In this document: positions 1 to 11,868 of the stretch, in pieces
Numbering within the stretch: the first letter of the stretch is position 1
Layout: every line of letters begins with the position of its first letter
Source of the DNA: Mobula hypostoma
Taxonomy: Eukaryota
Assembly: GCF_963921235.1 (NCBI RefSeq)
Contig: NC_086097.1
Coordinates: 118,484,001-118,548,000 of the forward strand
Length of the DNA: 64,000 nt
Direction of reading: 5' to 3'
Translations under genes and position numbers: made by a program
The notes under the pieces: model-generated
The model's input: only the letters and a program-made list of their open reading frames with translations
Database searches by the model: none
What the model was told of the DNA's origin: nothing

Positions 1-1
1 C

Positions 2-2188
2 CACGATATCCACATGAATGTGGTCGAACCTCTGGTGGGTGGGTTCGAACCGCTGCGGTGGAGCCTTGGTATGCCGCTGCACCTTGGCCGTTTGGCACTG
101 CATGCACGTTTTGGCCCATTCACTGACCTGTTTACGAAGTCCATGCCACACGAACCTGTTGGAGACCAGCCGGACAGTTGTCCTGATGGAGAGGTGCGCT
201 AAGTTGTGAATGGATTCGAACACCCGCCGGCGCCAGGCTGCTGGAACGACGGGGCGGGGTTGGCCAGTAGCTACGTCACATAGTAGGGTCCTCTCACCTG
301 GGCCTACGGGGAGGTCTTGGAGCTGCAAACCGGAGACTGCAGTCCTGTAACTGGGGGTCTCAGTGTCTGCCTGCTGTGCCTCTGCCAGCGCTGCATAGTC
401 CACCCCCTGGGACAGGGCCTGTATGGTGGGTCTGGATAGTGCGTCCGCCACGACATTGTTCTTTCCAGAGACATGCCGGATGTCCGTCGTGTACTCGGAG
501 ATGTAGGACAGATGTCGCTGCTGGCGGGACGACCAGGGGTCGGACACCTTAGTGAACGCAAAGGTAAGCGGTTTGTGGTCAGTGAACGCGGTGAAGGGCC
601 TACCTTCTAAGAAGTACCTGAAATGCCGGATTGCCAGGTATAGTGCCAATAGCTCCCTGTCGAAAGCACTGTATTTGAGTTCGGGTTTGAGTAGGTGTTT
701 GCTGAAGAACGCCAGGGGTTGCCAGCGACCCTCGATGAGTTGTTCCAGCACTCCACCGACTGCTGTGTTGGATGCCTCCACCGTGAGGGCAGTAGGAACG
801 TCCGTTCTGGGGTGCACTAGCATCACGGCGTTTGCCAAGGCTTCTTTGGTTTTAACGAAAGCGGTTGCGGCCTCTTCGTTCCAGGTAATGTCCTTGCCCT
901 TACCCGACATTAGAGTGAACAAGGGGCGCATGGTTCGGGCTGCTGAGGGGAGGAAACGGTGGTAGAAATTCACCATACCCACGAATTCCTGCAAGCCTTT
1001 GATTGTGTTGGGTCGGGGGAAGTGGCGGACCACGTCTACCTTGGCGGGCAGCGGGGTTGCCCCGCCTTTAGTAATCCTGTGGCCCAGGAAGTCGATGGTG
1101 TCGAGTCCGAACTGGTATTTGGCCGGGTCGATTGTAAGGCCAAATTCGCTCAGGTGGGCGTAGAGTTGACGGAGGTGGGACAGATGCTCCTGCCGACTAC
1201 TGCTGGCTATGAGGATGTCGTCCAAGTAGATGAATGCAAAGTCCAGGTCGCGTCCCACCGCGTCCATTAGCCGCTGGAAAGTCTGTGCGGCATTCTTTAG
1301 ACCAAACGGCATTCGGAGGAATTCGAGAAGTCCGAACGGGGTGATAAGTGCTGTTTTGGGGATGTCGTCCGGATGTACAGGGATTTGATGGTATCCCCGG
1401 ACGAGGTCTACCTTGGAAAAGATCCTTGCGCCGTGTAGGTTTGCTGCGAAGTCTTGAATGTGCGGCACAGGGTAGCGGTCTGGCGTTATAGCCTCGTTCA
1501 GTCTGCGGTAGTCACCGCATGGTCTCCAGCCCCCCGTTGCCTTGGGCACCATGTCAAGGGGGGAGGCCCATGGGCTGTCGGACCGTCGTATGATCCCTAA
1601 TCCCTCCATCTTCTTGAACTCCTCCTTCGCCAGTCGGAGCTTGTCCGGGGGAAGCCTTCGAGCACGGGCGTGGTGGGGTGGTCCCTGGGTCGGGATGTGG
1701 TGCTGTACTCCGTGTCTGGGCATGGCTGCCGTGAACTGCGGTGTCAGTACTGATGGGAAATCCGCCAGGACCCTGGTAAATTCATCGTCGGACAGCGTGA
1801 TGGAGTCCAGGTGTGGGGCTGGCAACTGTGCTTCACCCAGGGAGAACGTTCGAAAAGTCTTAGCGTGGACTAATCGCTTCCCTTGCAAGTCGACCAGCAG
1901 GCTGTGGGCTCGTAGAAAATCCTCACCCAGCAGTGGTTGGGCCACGGCGGCCAGTGTGAAGTCCCACGTGAACCGGCTGGAGCTGAACTGTAGCCGTACC
2001 GTGCGGGTGCCGTAGGTTCGTATTGTGCTGCCATTAGCGGCCCTCAGGATGGGTCCCGGTTCTCTGTTGCAGGTGTCGTAACTCGTTGGAGGTAAGACGC
2101 TGATCTCCGCTCCGGTGTCGACCAAAAAGCGGCGTCCCGACTGCTTGTCCCAGACGTACAGGAGGCTGTCCTGATGGCCAGCCGCCAT
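2..2188 (-). CDS. pol: Gypsy pol polyprotein (protease-RT-RNase H-integrase N-terminus), partial, open to window edge
   Basis: ATG at 2188, the YLDD Tyr codon at 1228 and the last HVDIV codon at 4 share one frame; manual reading found no stop, which explains its absence from the ORF track. Confidence 0.9.
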   Translation of the reverse strand, partial: MAAGHQDSLLYVWDKQSGRRFLVDTGAEISVLPPTSYDTCNREPGPILRAANGSTIRTYGTRTVRLQFSSSRFTWDFTLAAVAQPLLGEDFLRAHSLLVDLQGKRLVHAKTFRTFSLGEAQLPAPHLDSITLSDDEFTRVLADFPSVLTPQFTAAMPRHGVQHHIPTQGPPHHARARRLPPDKLRLAKEEFKKMEGLGIIRRSDSPWASPLDMVPKATGGWRPCGDYRRLNEAITPDRYPVPHIQDFAANLHGARIFSKVDLVRGYHQIPVHPDDIPKTALITPFGLLEFLRMPFGLKNAAQTFQRLMDAVGRDLDFAFIYLDDILIASSSRQEHLSHLRQLYAHLSEFGLTIDPAKYQFGLDTIDFLGHRITKGGATPLPAKVDVVRHFPRPNTIKGLQEFVGMVNFYHRFLPSAARTMRPLFTLMSGKGKDITWNEEAATAFVKTKEALANAVMLVHPRTDVPTALTVEASNTAVGGVLEQLIEGRWQPLAFFSKHLLKPELKYSAFDRELLALYLAIRHFRYFLEGRPFTAFTDHKPLTFAFTKVSDPWSSRQQRHLSYISEYTTDIRHVSGKNNVVADALSRPTIQALSQGVDYAALAEAQQADTETPSYRTAVSGLQLQDLPVGPGERTLLCDVATGQPRPVVPAAWRRRVFESIHNLAHLSIRTTVRLVSNRFVWHGLRKQVSEWAKTCMQCQTAKVQRHTKAPPQRFEPTHQRFDHIHVDIV

Positions 2189-2899
2189 AGCGATCGGCAG
2201 CGGCTGGGCCTTGGCGTTTCCCGGGAATTTGCAGGGCAGTCTGCAGCGGCGGGCCTCCATGCCCCACCGCTGGTGGTAGAAACACTATTGTTCGTTGGGC
2301 TCCTCACTCCCATCACCGGGTTTTGTAGGCTCTGCTGCCGGGCCTGGTCTGGTCTGTCGTTGGGCACGCAGCTTGGTGATCTGTGCGACGGGCGCCTCTC
2401 TCTCTTTCCTGGCAATCCACAGCACATCTGCTCGGGCCACCACATCCCGGGGGTTGCTGAAATCTGCGTCGGACAGCAGCAGGCATATGTCCTCGGGCAG
2501 TTGCTCTAGGAACGCCTGCTCAAACATGAGACAGGGTTTGTGTCCTTCAACCAGGGCCAGCATCTCGTTCATTAATGCTGACGGCGGCCTGTCTCCCAAA
2601 CCATCCAGGTGCATTAAGCGGCGTGCTCGTTCGCGCTGTGAGAGTCCGAAAGTCCTTATGAGCAGGGTTTTGAATACTGTGTATTTGCCGTCCTCCGGGG
2701 GCGACTGTATAAACTCCTCAACTTGTGCAGCAGTCTCCTGGTCGAGGGAGCTCAGCACGTAGTAGTAGCGAGTGGACTCCGAGGTTATCTGCCGAATGTG
2801 GAATTGTGCTTCTGCTTGTTCGAACCATAAATGGCGTCGCAGTGTCCAGAAGCTTGGCAGTTCCAACGAAACTGCGTGAACAGATGCAGCGTCGGTCAT
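2189..2899 (-). pseudogene. gag: Gypsy gag with one premature stop (TAG at 2287-2285, probably ex-TGG)
   Basis: MTDAASVHAVSLELPSFW...WFEQAEAQF...LGDRPPSALM; the same frame continues past the stop into the Cys/His motif [18 protein letters not shown]. Confidence 0.85.
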
Positions 2900-2923
2900 C
2901 TCTGGTCCAAATATCGTTTGGGC

Positions 2924-2937
2924 CGTCGGGGTCACCA
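2924..2937 (-). promoter_or_regulatory. Primer-binding site, tRNA-Trp type
   Basis: TGGTGACCCCGACG, 2 nt after the LTR, matches the first 14 nt of the canonical tRNA-Trp PBS (TGGTGACCCCGACGTGAT). Confidence 0.85.
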
Positions 2938-2939
2938 AT

Positions 2940-3134
2940 TGTAGCGATGTGCTACACACAGCGCTAGAATAACCACACGGAGTCGGTGAGTTGGAGTTGC
3001 AATGAAAGAGGTTTATTCAAACTTCGCGGCCCGCTTTAAAGCCTTCCCGTTCCCGCCCTTTTTGCTGCCGGCCCTCTGCCTGCGCGCGCTGTTTCGTGAG
3101 CCGGTTGGTGGGTGTCAGAAAGTGGGTCGCCACA
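2940..3134 (-). repeat. 5' LTR (195 bp) of Gypsy element
   Basis: Minus strand begins TGTGGCGACC and ends CATCGCTACA, contains AATAAA, and abuts the PBS; partner LTR is outside the window. Confidence 0.85.
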
Positions 3135-3148
3135 GTCTTATGTTTTAT

Positions 3149-3527
3149 GGAAACTGATTGAATATCGAAAGGCCTAGATCGAGTGGAATTGGAGAGGATG
3201 TTTCCTAAAATGAAGCAGTCTGTGACAGAGTGCTCAGCCTCAGAATACAAGGGCATCCCTTTAGAGCAGAGATGAGTTGGAATTTTTTGAGACAGATTAT
3301 AGTAAATCTGTGGTTTTCATTGCCACAGACAGCTGTGGAGGTTAAGTCTTTAGGTATATTTAAAGTGAATGCTGATAGGTTCTTGATTAGTAAGTGTGTC
3401 AGATGTTATGGGGAGGAGACAGGAGGGTGGGGTTGAGGGAGGCCACTTATCTGCTAGGGTGGAATGGTGGGGTTCATTGAATGTGCTGAATGGCCAAGTT
3501 CTGATCCTATGTTTATAGTTTTATTAT
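3149..3527 (+). mobile_element. Degraded CR1 LINE 3' end
   Basis: Resembles the ORF2 C-terminus and 3' UTR of the intact CR1 at ~22810-23190 (GHPFRAEM...IVNLWFSLPQTAVE). Confidence 0.8.
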
Positions 3528-3692
3528 CTGGTATAAATATTATCAGCAATTCCACATGTACGCCAGAGTTATAACCTTCATTCAACGTTATATTTAAGCA
3601 ACAGTTCCAAACATGTTAATACTCTAAAGTGATATTTTTTTTGCAGTTGTCTGGCCTTTTTAGAGTTTTCTTCATCTTTTAGACTATATTAC

Positions 3693-3896
3693 TTTAATTC
3701 TCAAGGTTAGATTTCCTCGAGGCAGCAGGGCATCTGCCTGACTTCTTGCACACAACATTCTCACGTCATCTCTCAGTTTGTGGCTAATTAATTGACAGGA
3801 ACAGAGAGTCAGGTAGATTGCAAATTGAGAGGTGACTGAGTCACTGTGAATCTTTCTGGTATTAATGGCATGGACCTGTTCCACTTCAGCAATAGT
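3693..3896 (-). CDS. Candidate internal exon of unidentified host gene (TIAEVEQVHAINTRKIHSDSVTSQFAIYLTLCSCQLISHKLRDDVRMLCARSQADALLPRGNLTLRIK)
   Basis: Acceptor ttgtcattccccacag, donor AAA|gtaata, 204 nt phase 0-0, only one frame open, non-repeat sequence; no homology recognised. Confidence 0.3.
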
Positions 3897-4649
3897 CTGT
3901 GGGGAATGACAAATAATACTGGCAACCAAAACTTAGGAGAAACTTTGCAAAATAATTCCTAATTTCAAGACTCACATTATCTCACTTTAGAAAAAGTCAA
4001 CAGAGAATATCAAGCAGGAAATAATTTTAAAGAAAATTGCAATTCTTATGAGCCAAAGGGAAATGTTTTAAATATGAAGAACATTTCTAATCAATAATCA
4101 GTTATAAAAACAGATATACATTCATGTTTTAAAAAAAATAAAATTGCTGGAAACAGAGGTTCAGGAAACTGCAAGTGCTGGGATCTAGATCAATAAAAAA
4201 ACAAACTGATGAAGGAACTCAATTGCTCAGGATCTTTGGATGCAGAAGACAGGTAAATGTTTTAGCTTTTGATTCTCTTAAGAAGGGTGGAAGAAGATGA
4301 TTGTCTATGCATGCTGACATGTTGTTCTCATTTCCATGAGCATCTATCTTGTAACTTTCTATGTAATGCAATATTGAGTGCCATATGGAAATCCAACTAA
4401 GTCAAGTCAACCAGTCCTCCTTTACCTACCCATCCATTCATATTCTCTAAATGAACACTAATAAACTTTCCAAACATGTTCACTCTGTCTAAATTTATTT
4501 GATATTCTTGGTGTTCTTATACTAAATACTAATAAGGCATTCCTACAATTTTTCCATCTACTGATGTTAACAGGCATTTAGTTCCCCATTCCTTTTTTTT
4601 CTGCCTCCTTTCTTCAATAGACATTTTTCTAATAGCTTCTTGGTTATCT

Positions 4650-5030
4650 TAGGTCCCACACAATTAAGTTCAGGAACAGCTATTACATTCAACCATCAGA
4701 ACCAGTGTGGATAACTTCACTTACCTGAACACTGAACTGATTACTGAATACAACCTAAGTAATCACTCATGGCCTCTACAGCTCATATTCTCAGTATTAT
4801 TTATCTATTTATTTATGTATCTATTTATTTATTTGTTTGTTTATTTTTTCCATTTATCAATCTATCTTATCTACTTTTCTATTTAATTTTTGTGAGTTTT
4901 TTTGGACATTGGTTGCTTATCAGATCTTATGTGTAGTTTGTCACTGATTCCATTGTTCTACTGTAAATGCCTGCAAGAAAATCAATCTCAAGTAGCACAT
5001 GGTGATACTTCAAAATACATTTACTTTGAA
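4650..5030 (+). mobile_element. 3' fragment of an abundant LINE-derived repeat family (TTTGAAC-type tail)
   Basis: Shares AGGTTCAGGAACAG...CAACCATCAGA and GCCTGCAAGAAAAT...TACTTTGA blocks with copies at 6270-6628 and 12200-13018. Confidence 0.6.
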
Positions 5031-6269
5031 ATTCATGAATCTAGGGAACTTTAAAAGATCACAATAAATGCATTCACCACCTTCAAAACCCCAATGCTAC
5101 AGGCTGCCATGTTCTGGGGATTATCAGTCTTCAGCCCAAATAGCTAACCTCATACTTTAAAGCGAAAAACAATGATTGCTTTAGGTCCTTCCCTCCAATT
5201 TGCCCCCATTTTCTGATTACATTTCACACATTTTTAGTTTGTTCTGCAGTAAAACAAAATTAAAAATGTGATTTTACATCTCTGTATTTTCTAATATACA
5301 GTTGTTAATTTTCCGGACTCAGGTTTTGAGGGACCAATATTTACTTATTTACTCTCCCATTTTACACATATTTATATAATGTCTTATAATCTATGTTTAT
5401 ACTTCTTTGTTGTTTATTGTCATATTTGATTTTCTACATTTCCTTGTCTATAATTCTCCGTAATGTTATAAGCTTTCTTCAATCATATAATAATGTTCCC
5501 TTATGACATTGATTGAGGCCGCATCCATCAAATCTATGCCATCTCACAGAACAATCCCATTTGCCATTAATTTTCTTTGTAATATTTAGTCCCTTATTCT
5601 ACGACTCACCTGCACTGGAGGCAATTGGCCAATCAGAAACAAAAGTATTATGTGCTGGCAACACTCCGTAAATCAGCTAAAATCCATGGGGGTTGCCGGG
5701 AGGGAACAGAATCAAGGTTTCAGTTAAAGAATCCATCATCAGGACCATTGGTTAAATCAGAAACAGGTTTATTATCATTGGCATGTGATGTGAAATTTGT
5801 TAACTTAGCAGCAATACATAATATAGAAGAGTAAAAAAATAAAGAAGTAACTCAATTACAGTATATGTACATACAGTACATGTATACATATAAGTAGTAA
5901 TTGGTCACAGAAAACGTATACAATTGTCACAAATGTATAAATTTCATATCTGATTTGGATATGGGCCTTTGCAATATGACAAAGGAAAGATAAGTATAAA
6001 TCCGGGGGAGAGACAACATTTCCAAGAATTTGAGACCAAAGTAAACTCGGAGACCCGTAAGCTGATTAACCTATCAACATACACATCTTTGGGATGTGGG
6101 AGGAAACTGGAGAAAACACTGGGAATCCATACAGACACAGGTACAAGGTGTAAACTCTACACACATACAGTGCATGGCCCAGATTGAACCTAAGTCACTA
6201 GAATTGTGAGGCAGAAATTATACTAGTTGCGTCAACTCATCTTTAACTTTCTTCAGTGCTGTTGCGGGC

Positions 6270-6628
6270 AATCAGCATCCATCATCAAGATGGTACAGGA
6301 ACCTTATGTCCCACATCACCAGGTTCAGGAACAGTTATTACCCTTCAACCATCAGACTCCTGAACCAGCTTCACTTACCCCAGCACTGAACTGATTCCAC
6401 AACTTATGGACTCTCCAACTCATGTTCACAATATTATTTATTATCATCATTCTGTTTTTCCTTTTGTGCTTACTCAATTTGATGTCTTTTGCGCATTGTT
6501 TGTGTGCAATTTCTCATTGTTTCCATTGTTTCTTTGTATCTACTGGGAATGCCTGCAAGAAAATAAATCCCAGGGTAGTGTATGGTAACATACACATACT
6601 TTGATAATAAATTATCTTTAAGCTTTGA
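6270..6628 (+). mobile_element. 3' fragment of the same LINE-derived repeat family
   Basis: ACCAGGTTCAGGAACAGTTATTACCCTTCAACCATCAG ... GCCTGCAAGAAAATAAATC ... TACTTTGATAATAAA...TTTGAAC. Confidence 0.65.
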
Positions 6629-7329
6629 ACAGAGTAAAATTTAATGAATGAAACATGTTGAAAGGAAAAGTGATCATAGGAATTCCAATTAAGTGGATGT
6701 AATTTTTGTAAATTCAATGTTCAAAGGGAGAGAGATGTTTTTTGTGAACGGGGATTTTGGAAGCTGGTGGGCTATCCATAGCAGCCTTATCAAGTTGTCC
6801 TACAGTTTTATAGAAGTGTTGGTTTTAATTCTATCGATGAGAGACCATGAAATTTCTTCCAACTGGGATTGAATAAATAACTTTCTATCTTTTGAATCAA
6901 TGGAACGTCTACACAAAAATAATCTTATAATAATTTTATTATTTGATGTTTTGCCTTTGCAAAGGTCATGTGAATATCAAAATTTACTTAAAGTAGGGAT
7001 AGTGTATCATATTTATTTGTTGATGTTTCTTAATGCCTTTTCACTCTTGTGCTTAGATAGTGAGTTCAGCTGATGTCACACAGGTTCAGATCAATCATCA
7101 CAGAGTCAAACCCTGTTACAATGAATTACAAATCTAAGTCATTAATACAAATCTTTATATATTTTGATAGAAAAAAAAGTAAAAAGTTGAAACTCTGAAT
7201 TTGAAAAATGGAGATCTTGAAGAGCCAGATTCCATTGTGATCTCAGATGATATGTTTCTCCCACGAGTTTGAGGGGATTTTTTCACAAATTATATCATAA
7301 CCTAAACATGGAGACACAGTTGATAAAAC

Positions 7330-7529
7330 CAGAGAATTAAATGTGTGGCTCAAAGGTTGATGCGGGAAAAAGTGGGCTTGAATTCAAGTGGTGTTGACAC
7401 CAGTGTTGGGGAAGAAGGGTGCTGTTCTGATGGGAAGGGCTCTATCTGAAACATGCTGGGATGAGGGTTCTGGTATATTGCATAACTCGGGCTGTGGATA
7501 GGGCTTTAAACAAAATAGTAGGTGAATGG
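7330..7529 (+). mobile_element. Old CR1 ORF1 (SGNH esterase C-terminus) remnant, target of the RTE insertion
   Basis: Degenerate RELNVWLKG...WEGLYLKHAGMRVLVYCITRAVDRALN parallels INAWLRDW...DGLHLNPRGTNILAGRLAGATEVTLN of the CR1 ORF1 at 19500-20063. Confidence 0.7.
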
Positions 7530-8947
7530 ATGACAGAAGAAATTCCGAATCTTATGGAACGAAGAAGAAAATGTAAGGAAAACGAAAAAGCCTATGTTTC
7601 CTTGCATGCACAGATAACAACCAAGTGCAAGGAAGCAAAAGAAAAGTGGCTTAAGGACAAATGTGAGTTAATAGAACAATTGCAGAAGACCAACAACAGC
7701 AAACGTATGCACGACAAGATCAAAGAGGTCGTAAATCCGAAGAAAAGCAGGGCAACAACAGGATGTATAAAAGCAAAAGATGGCTCTACAATTATGGAAA
7801 AAGGAAAAATAATGCAAAGATGGTCAGAATACATCAAAGACCTATACAACGACAAAGACCGAGAGGACAACATTGATATTGGCAACAACAACAAGGGCCC
7901 AGCAATACTGAAAGAAGAAGTGGAACATGCAATGAAGAGAATGTGAATGGGGAAATCATCAAGACTAGATAACATTCCGGTTGAACTGTCTGAAGCACTA
8001 GAAGATTTTGGTGCAGGGAAATTAACAATCTTATTGAATAGAATATACAAAAGTGGCAAAGTACCAGAAGATCTTTTAAAGACAGTATTCATTGCACTGC
8101 CAAAGACACCAGGTGCAATAGACTGTGGACAACACAGAACAATTAGTTTAATGATCCAACTCACAAAAATTCTACTTAGAATCATCATGCTCAGAAGTAG
8201 AAACAAAATTAAACCAGAGATCTGTGAAGAACAGTGCGGTTTTGTCAAAGGCAAGGAAGCATCAAATGCCACTTATCTATTTAGGAATATTATGGAAAGG
8301 TCAATAGAAGTACAACAAGACCTATACTTCTGTTTCTTTGACTACACAAAAGCCTTTGACACAGTGAAACACTAAGTCATCATGAACATGCTTAAAGACA
8401 TTAATATTGACAGAAAAGATCTAAGAATAATCAGGAATCTCTAGGCAACAAAGTGCAGCCATACGGATAGACAGCAAGATTGGTGAATATCAGTCAATAA
8501 AGTGAGGAGTCAGACAGGATTGTGTTCTATCACCAGACCTGTTCTCCCTGTACAGTGAAAACATCATGAGGACCATACAAGACCTACCTGGAGTAAGTAT
8601 AGGAGGATACAATATCAACAAACTATGGGGATGATACAGTACTGATAGCCAACAATGAAGTAAATTTACAGAAAATAGTATTTACCATCAACATAGAGAG
8701 TGAAAGATTTGGCCTAACCTTAAACAAAAAGAAAACTGAAGTAATGGTAATATCAAAGAAACCCAATATCCCAAACTGTAGGATCGTATTGGGAAATGAA
8801 ATCCTGAAACAAGTTCACAACTTCAGTTGCCTTTGATCATGGGTAACATCTGATGGCAAATGCAAAACAGACATAAAAGTTGCAAGCAACACACATAAAA
8901 GTTGCTGGTGAACGCAGCAGGCCAGGCAGCATCTCTAGGAAGAGGTA

Positions 8948-8989
8948 CAGTTAACGTTTCGGGCCGAGACCCTTCGTCAGGACTAACTG
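8948..8989 (-). ncRNA. Minimal type I hammerhead ribozyme motif in Penelope pLTR (inverted copy)
   Basis: Minus strand CAGTTAGTC-CTGACGA-A-GGGTCTCGGCCC-GAAA-CGTT-AACTG: CUGANGA and GAAA boxes, stem II hairpin, short palindromic stem III. Confidence 0.65.
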
Positions 8990-9584
8990 AAGGAAGAGCT
9001 ACTAAGAGATTTGAAAGTGGAAGGGGGAGGGGGAGATCTGAAATGATAGGAGAAGACAGGAAGGGGAGGGATGGAGTCCCCCCCCCCTCCTGTCCGCCAA
9101 AGAAAGCAGGATCTCCCAGTGGCCACACATTTTAATTCCATGTCCCATTCCCATTCTGATATGTCTATCCATGGCCTCCTCTACTGTAAAGACGAAGCCA
9201 CACTCAGGTTGGAGGAACAACACCTTATATTCCGTCTGGGTAGCCTCCAACCTGATGGCATGAACATTGACTTCTCAAACTTCCGCTAATGCTCCACCTC
9301 CCCCTCGTACCACATCGGTTATTTATTTATATACACACATTCTTTCTTTCTCTCTCTCTCCTTTTTCTCCCTCTGTCCCTCTCACTATACCCTTTGCCCA
9401 TCCTCTGAGTTCCCCCCCCCCACTTTTCTTTCTCCCTAGGCCTCCTGTCGCATGATCCTCTCATATCCCTTTTGCCAATCAACTGCCCAGCTCTGGGCTC
9501 CATCCCTCCCACTCCTGTCTTCTCCTATCATTTTGGATCTCCTCCTCGCCCTTCCACTTTCAAATCTCTTGCTAGCTCTTCTTT

Positions 9585-9626
9585 CAGTTAGTCCTGACGA
9601 GGGGTCTCGGCCCGGAACGTCAACTG
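9585..9626 (+). ncRNA. Hammerhead motif in Penelope pLTR, GAAA box mutated to GGAA
   Basis: CAGTTAGTC-CTGACGA-G-GGGTCTCGGCCC-GGAA-CGTC-AACTG. Confidence 0.55.
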
Positions 9627-10406
9627 TACCTCTTCCTAGAGATGCTGCCTGGCCTGCTGCGTTCACCAGCAACTTTTATGTGTGTTGCTTGAAATTCCAT
9701 CATCTGCAGATTTCCTCGTGTTTGCATAAAAGCAAGAATAGCAATGGCAAGAACAGCATTTACAGAAATGAGAAATATCCTAATGAATAAGAAAATAGCA
9801 ATTGACATCTGCCTTAGAACTCTCAGCAGCTACATTCTCCCTATATTGATGTATGGCTGTGAGTCATGGACCATCACAAATGCAATGGAAAAAAGAATCA
9901 ATGCAGCAGAGATTTGGTTCCTCAGAAGAATGCTATGCATATCATATACGGACAGGATAACCAATGAAGTTCTACAGAGAATGAAAACAAAATGTACATT
10001 ACTTAAAAAAAACAGAAAACAACAATCAAAATTCTTTGGACACAATATGTGAAGAGAGACATTAGAACATTTAGTTACAACTGGAAAGCTGGAAGGAAAA
10101 AGGAGCAGAGGCAGACAGAGAATGAAAATGACAGATGGAATAACATCATGGTTAGAAACAGGGGAGGCAACAACTACAACTCAGAGGGTCAGGGACTGTG
10201 ATGGATGGAGAGACATGATCGCCCACAATGAGCGGCAAGGAACCTAAATGAATGAATGAGGTGAATGGGTTCAAGATCTTGAAAAAGTATGAAAAATATG
10301 AATGCAGGAGCGATTGCTGAAGTCTATAAAACTATCAAACATACAGTAGGAGAAAAATTAAGCTATTTAGTTCATTGAGTCTGCTCTGCCATTCAATCGT
10401 GGCTGA

Positions 10407-11215
10407 ATTGATGGTTTTGTAGCCAAGTTTGCAGATGATGCAAAGATAGGTGGATGATACAAAGAGTTGAGAAAGCAAGGAGTTTGAATAGGGACTTGGA
10501 CAGAATAGGAATATGGGCAAAGAAGTGTAAGATGTGATACAGTATAGGAAAGAGTATGGTCGTGCACACTGATAGAAGAAATAAGGACTATTTTCTAAAT
10601 GTGGAGCAAATTCAGAATCAAAGTTGAAAGGTTAAAAAGATAGTAATGAGGGCAAATGCAATGTTAGCATTCTTTTCACAAGGATTAGTACATAAAAGCA
10701 AGGATGTAATACTGACATTTGTAAGGTATTAATCACACCACAGTTGGAGTATTGTGAGCAGTCTTGGGTCCCTAATTTAAGAAAGGATGTGTTGGTATTC
10801 AAGAGGATCCAGAGGTTTATGAGAAAGATCACGGGTATGAAAGGGTTATCAGATAAGGAATGTTTGTTGGCTCTGGGCCTGTACTCGCTGGATTATAGAA
10901 TAATGAGGGGGCATCTCATTAAAACCTATTGATATTGAAAAACCCAGCTAGGATATGCAGAGGATGTTTCCAATATTGGGACAGTCTAGCACTAAAGAGC
11001 ACTGCCTCAGATGAGCAGGACATCCCTTAGAACAGGGATGAGGAGGAATTTCTTTAGTGAGAGGGTGGCAAATCTGTGGAATTGGTTCTTGTGTCAAGGT
11101 GACATTGGGAATTTTGAAGATTCGGGTTGAGATTGAAAATAAATCAGCCATGGTGGAATGGGGAAGCAGTCTTGATGGGCTAAATGGACTAATTCTGTTC
11201 CTACGTCTTATGGTG
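10407..11215 (+). mobile_element. Degraded CR1 RT and 3' end
   Basis: GCCAAGTTTGCAGATGATGCAAAG (AKFADD), LEYCEQSWVPNLRKD, LGLYSLDYRIMRGHLI, CR1-type 3' UTR. Confidence 0.85.
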
Positions 11216-11538
11216 CAAAAGAATCTGAAGCAACATCGGAAACTGGTATTAATAAATTTTGCAGGATAGAGGTATAACGTAATGGAATCATCAAATGTTA
11301 ATTATAGTTTGATGAACTGTCTGCCTTTATACAGTCATACAGTTCATCAATCTGCCCGACGCTGGCCCCCTAGGCCTGAGTCGACATAGTAGTAGTAGTA
11401 GATGAACTATACTTATTTTACATATATTTTATTAATAATGTAATACAAATGTAATTATTATATAAAGAGTATATGATAGTTGACTTACTAAGCAGAATGC
11501 ATTTCTTTACACCTGGCAATTCATTTAATACCCATTAC

Positions 11539-11734
11539 CATTATGCAGACTATTTCTCTTGAGTTCACATTGAATAAATATTTGGGAGGGATGTTCTCTG
11601 ATTCGTTCATATAGAATTATGTCTGCTGCATCTGTTCTTGCTTGCCAGGTAATGGATGCTGGCAACTTTAATTTAAGAGAGGTCCTCATATGGCTTTCAA
11701 TGAATTTCCTCAGGAAATGATTGGCTCTATCCAC
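11539..11734 (-). CDS. Candidate internal exon of unidentified host gene (VDRANHFLRKFIESHMRTSLKLKLPASITWQARTDAADIILYERIREHPSQIFIQCELKRNSLHN)
   Basis: Acceptor ttcaacag|GTG, donor ATG|gtaatg, 196 nt open, non-repeat; only a faint subjective resemblance to RGS-domain helices. Confidence 0.3.
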
Positions 11735-11868
11735 CTGTTGAATATTTTTAATTTAAGTATCCTTTCAGATCTTTCTGATATGTAGGACAAGATAGCTCTG
11801 ACCAAAAGAAAGCATTGAAAGTCCCTGTATGTGTATGTGTGGTGCAGCAGATAGTTAAGAAGGCAAAT

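Larger units (their letters stand above)
1..3134 (-). mobile_element. Ty3/Gypsy LTR retrotransposon, 5' part (LTR-PBS-gag-PR-RT-RH-IN), continues beyond left window edge
   Basis: Minus strand reads TGT...ACA LTR, then PBS, gag, and pol with protease [21 protein letters not shown], RNase H TDHKPL and [10 protein letters not shown], integrase His/Cys finger and [10 protein letters not shown] at the edge. Confidence 0.96.
8880..9724 (+). mobile_element. Penelope-like element, 5'-truncated, with inverted 5' pLTR segment
   Basis: GIY-YIG C-terminus RKQDLPVATHFNS...LEEQHLIFRLGSLQPDGMNIDF (9071-9289); 8883-9076 is the reverse complement of 9498-9691; 8-bp TSD CATAAAAG at 8872-8879 and 9725-9732 restores the RTE frame CKTDIKARIAMAR. 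Confidence 0.9.
7530..10258 (+). mobile_element. 5'-truncated, decayed RTE-clade LINE (RT region and 3' end), interrupted by a Penelope element
   Basis: WMTEEI...RWSEYIKDLY...HRTISL...EEQCGF...CFFDYTKAFD...ILMYGCESWT...IWFLRRML; (AATG)n tail; 10-bp TSD AGGTGAATGG at 7520-7529 and 10259-10268. Confidence 0.9.

Noticed and set aside
14..2967. Plus-strand ORFs over the Gypsy element
   Set aside because: Antisense shadows of the GC-rich gag-pol
5610..5676. Minus-strand exon ending at CAG|gtgagt
   Set aside because: Overlaps a degraded Penelope-pLTR-like relic, and no acceptor/frame links it to both neighbouring candidate exons
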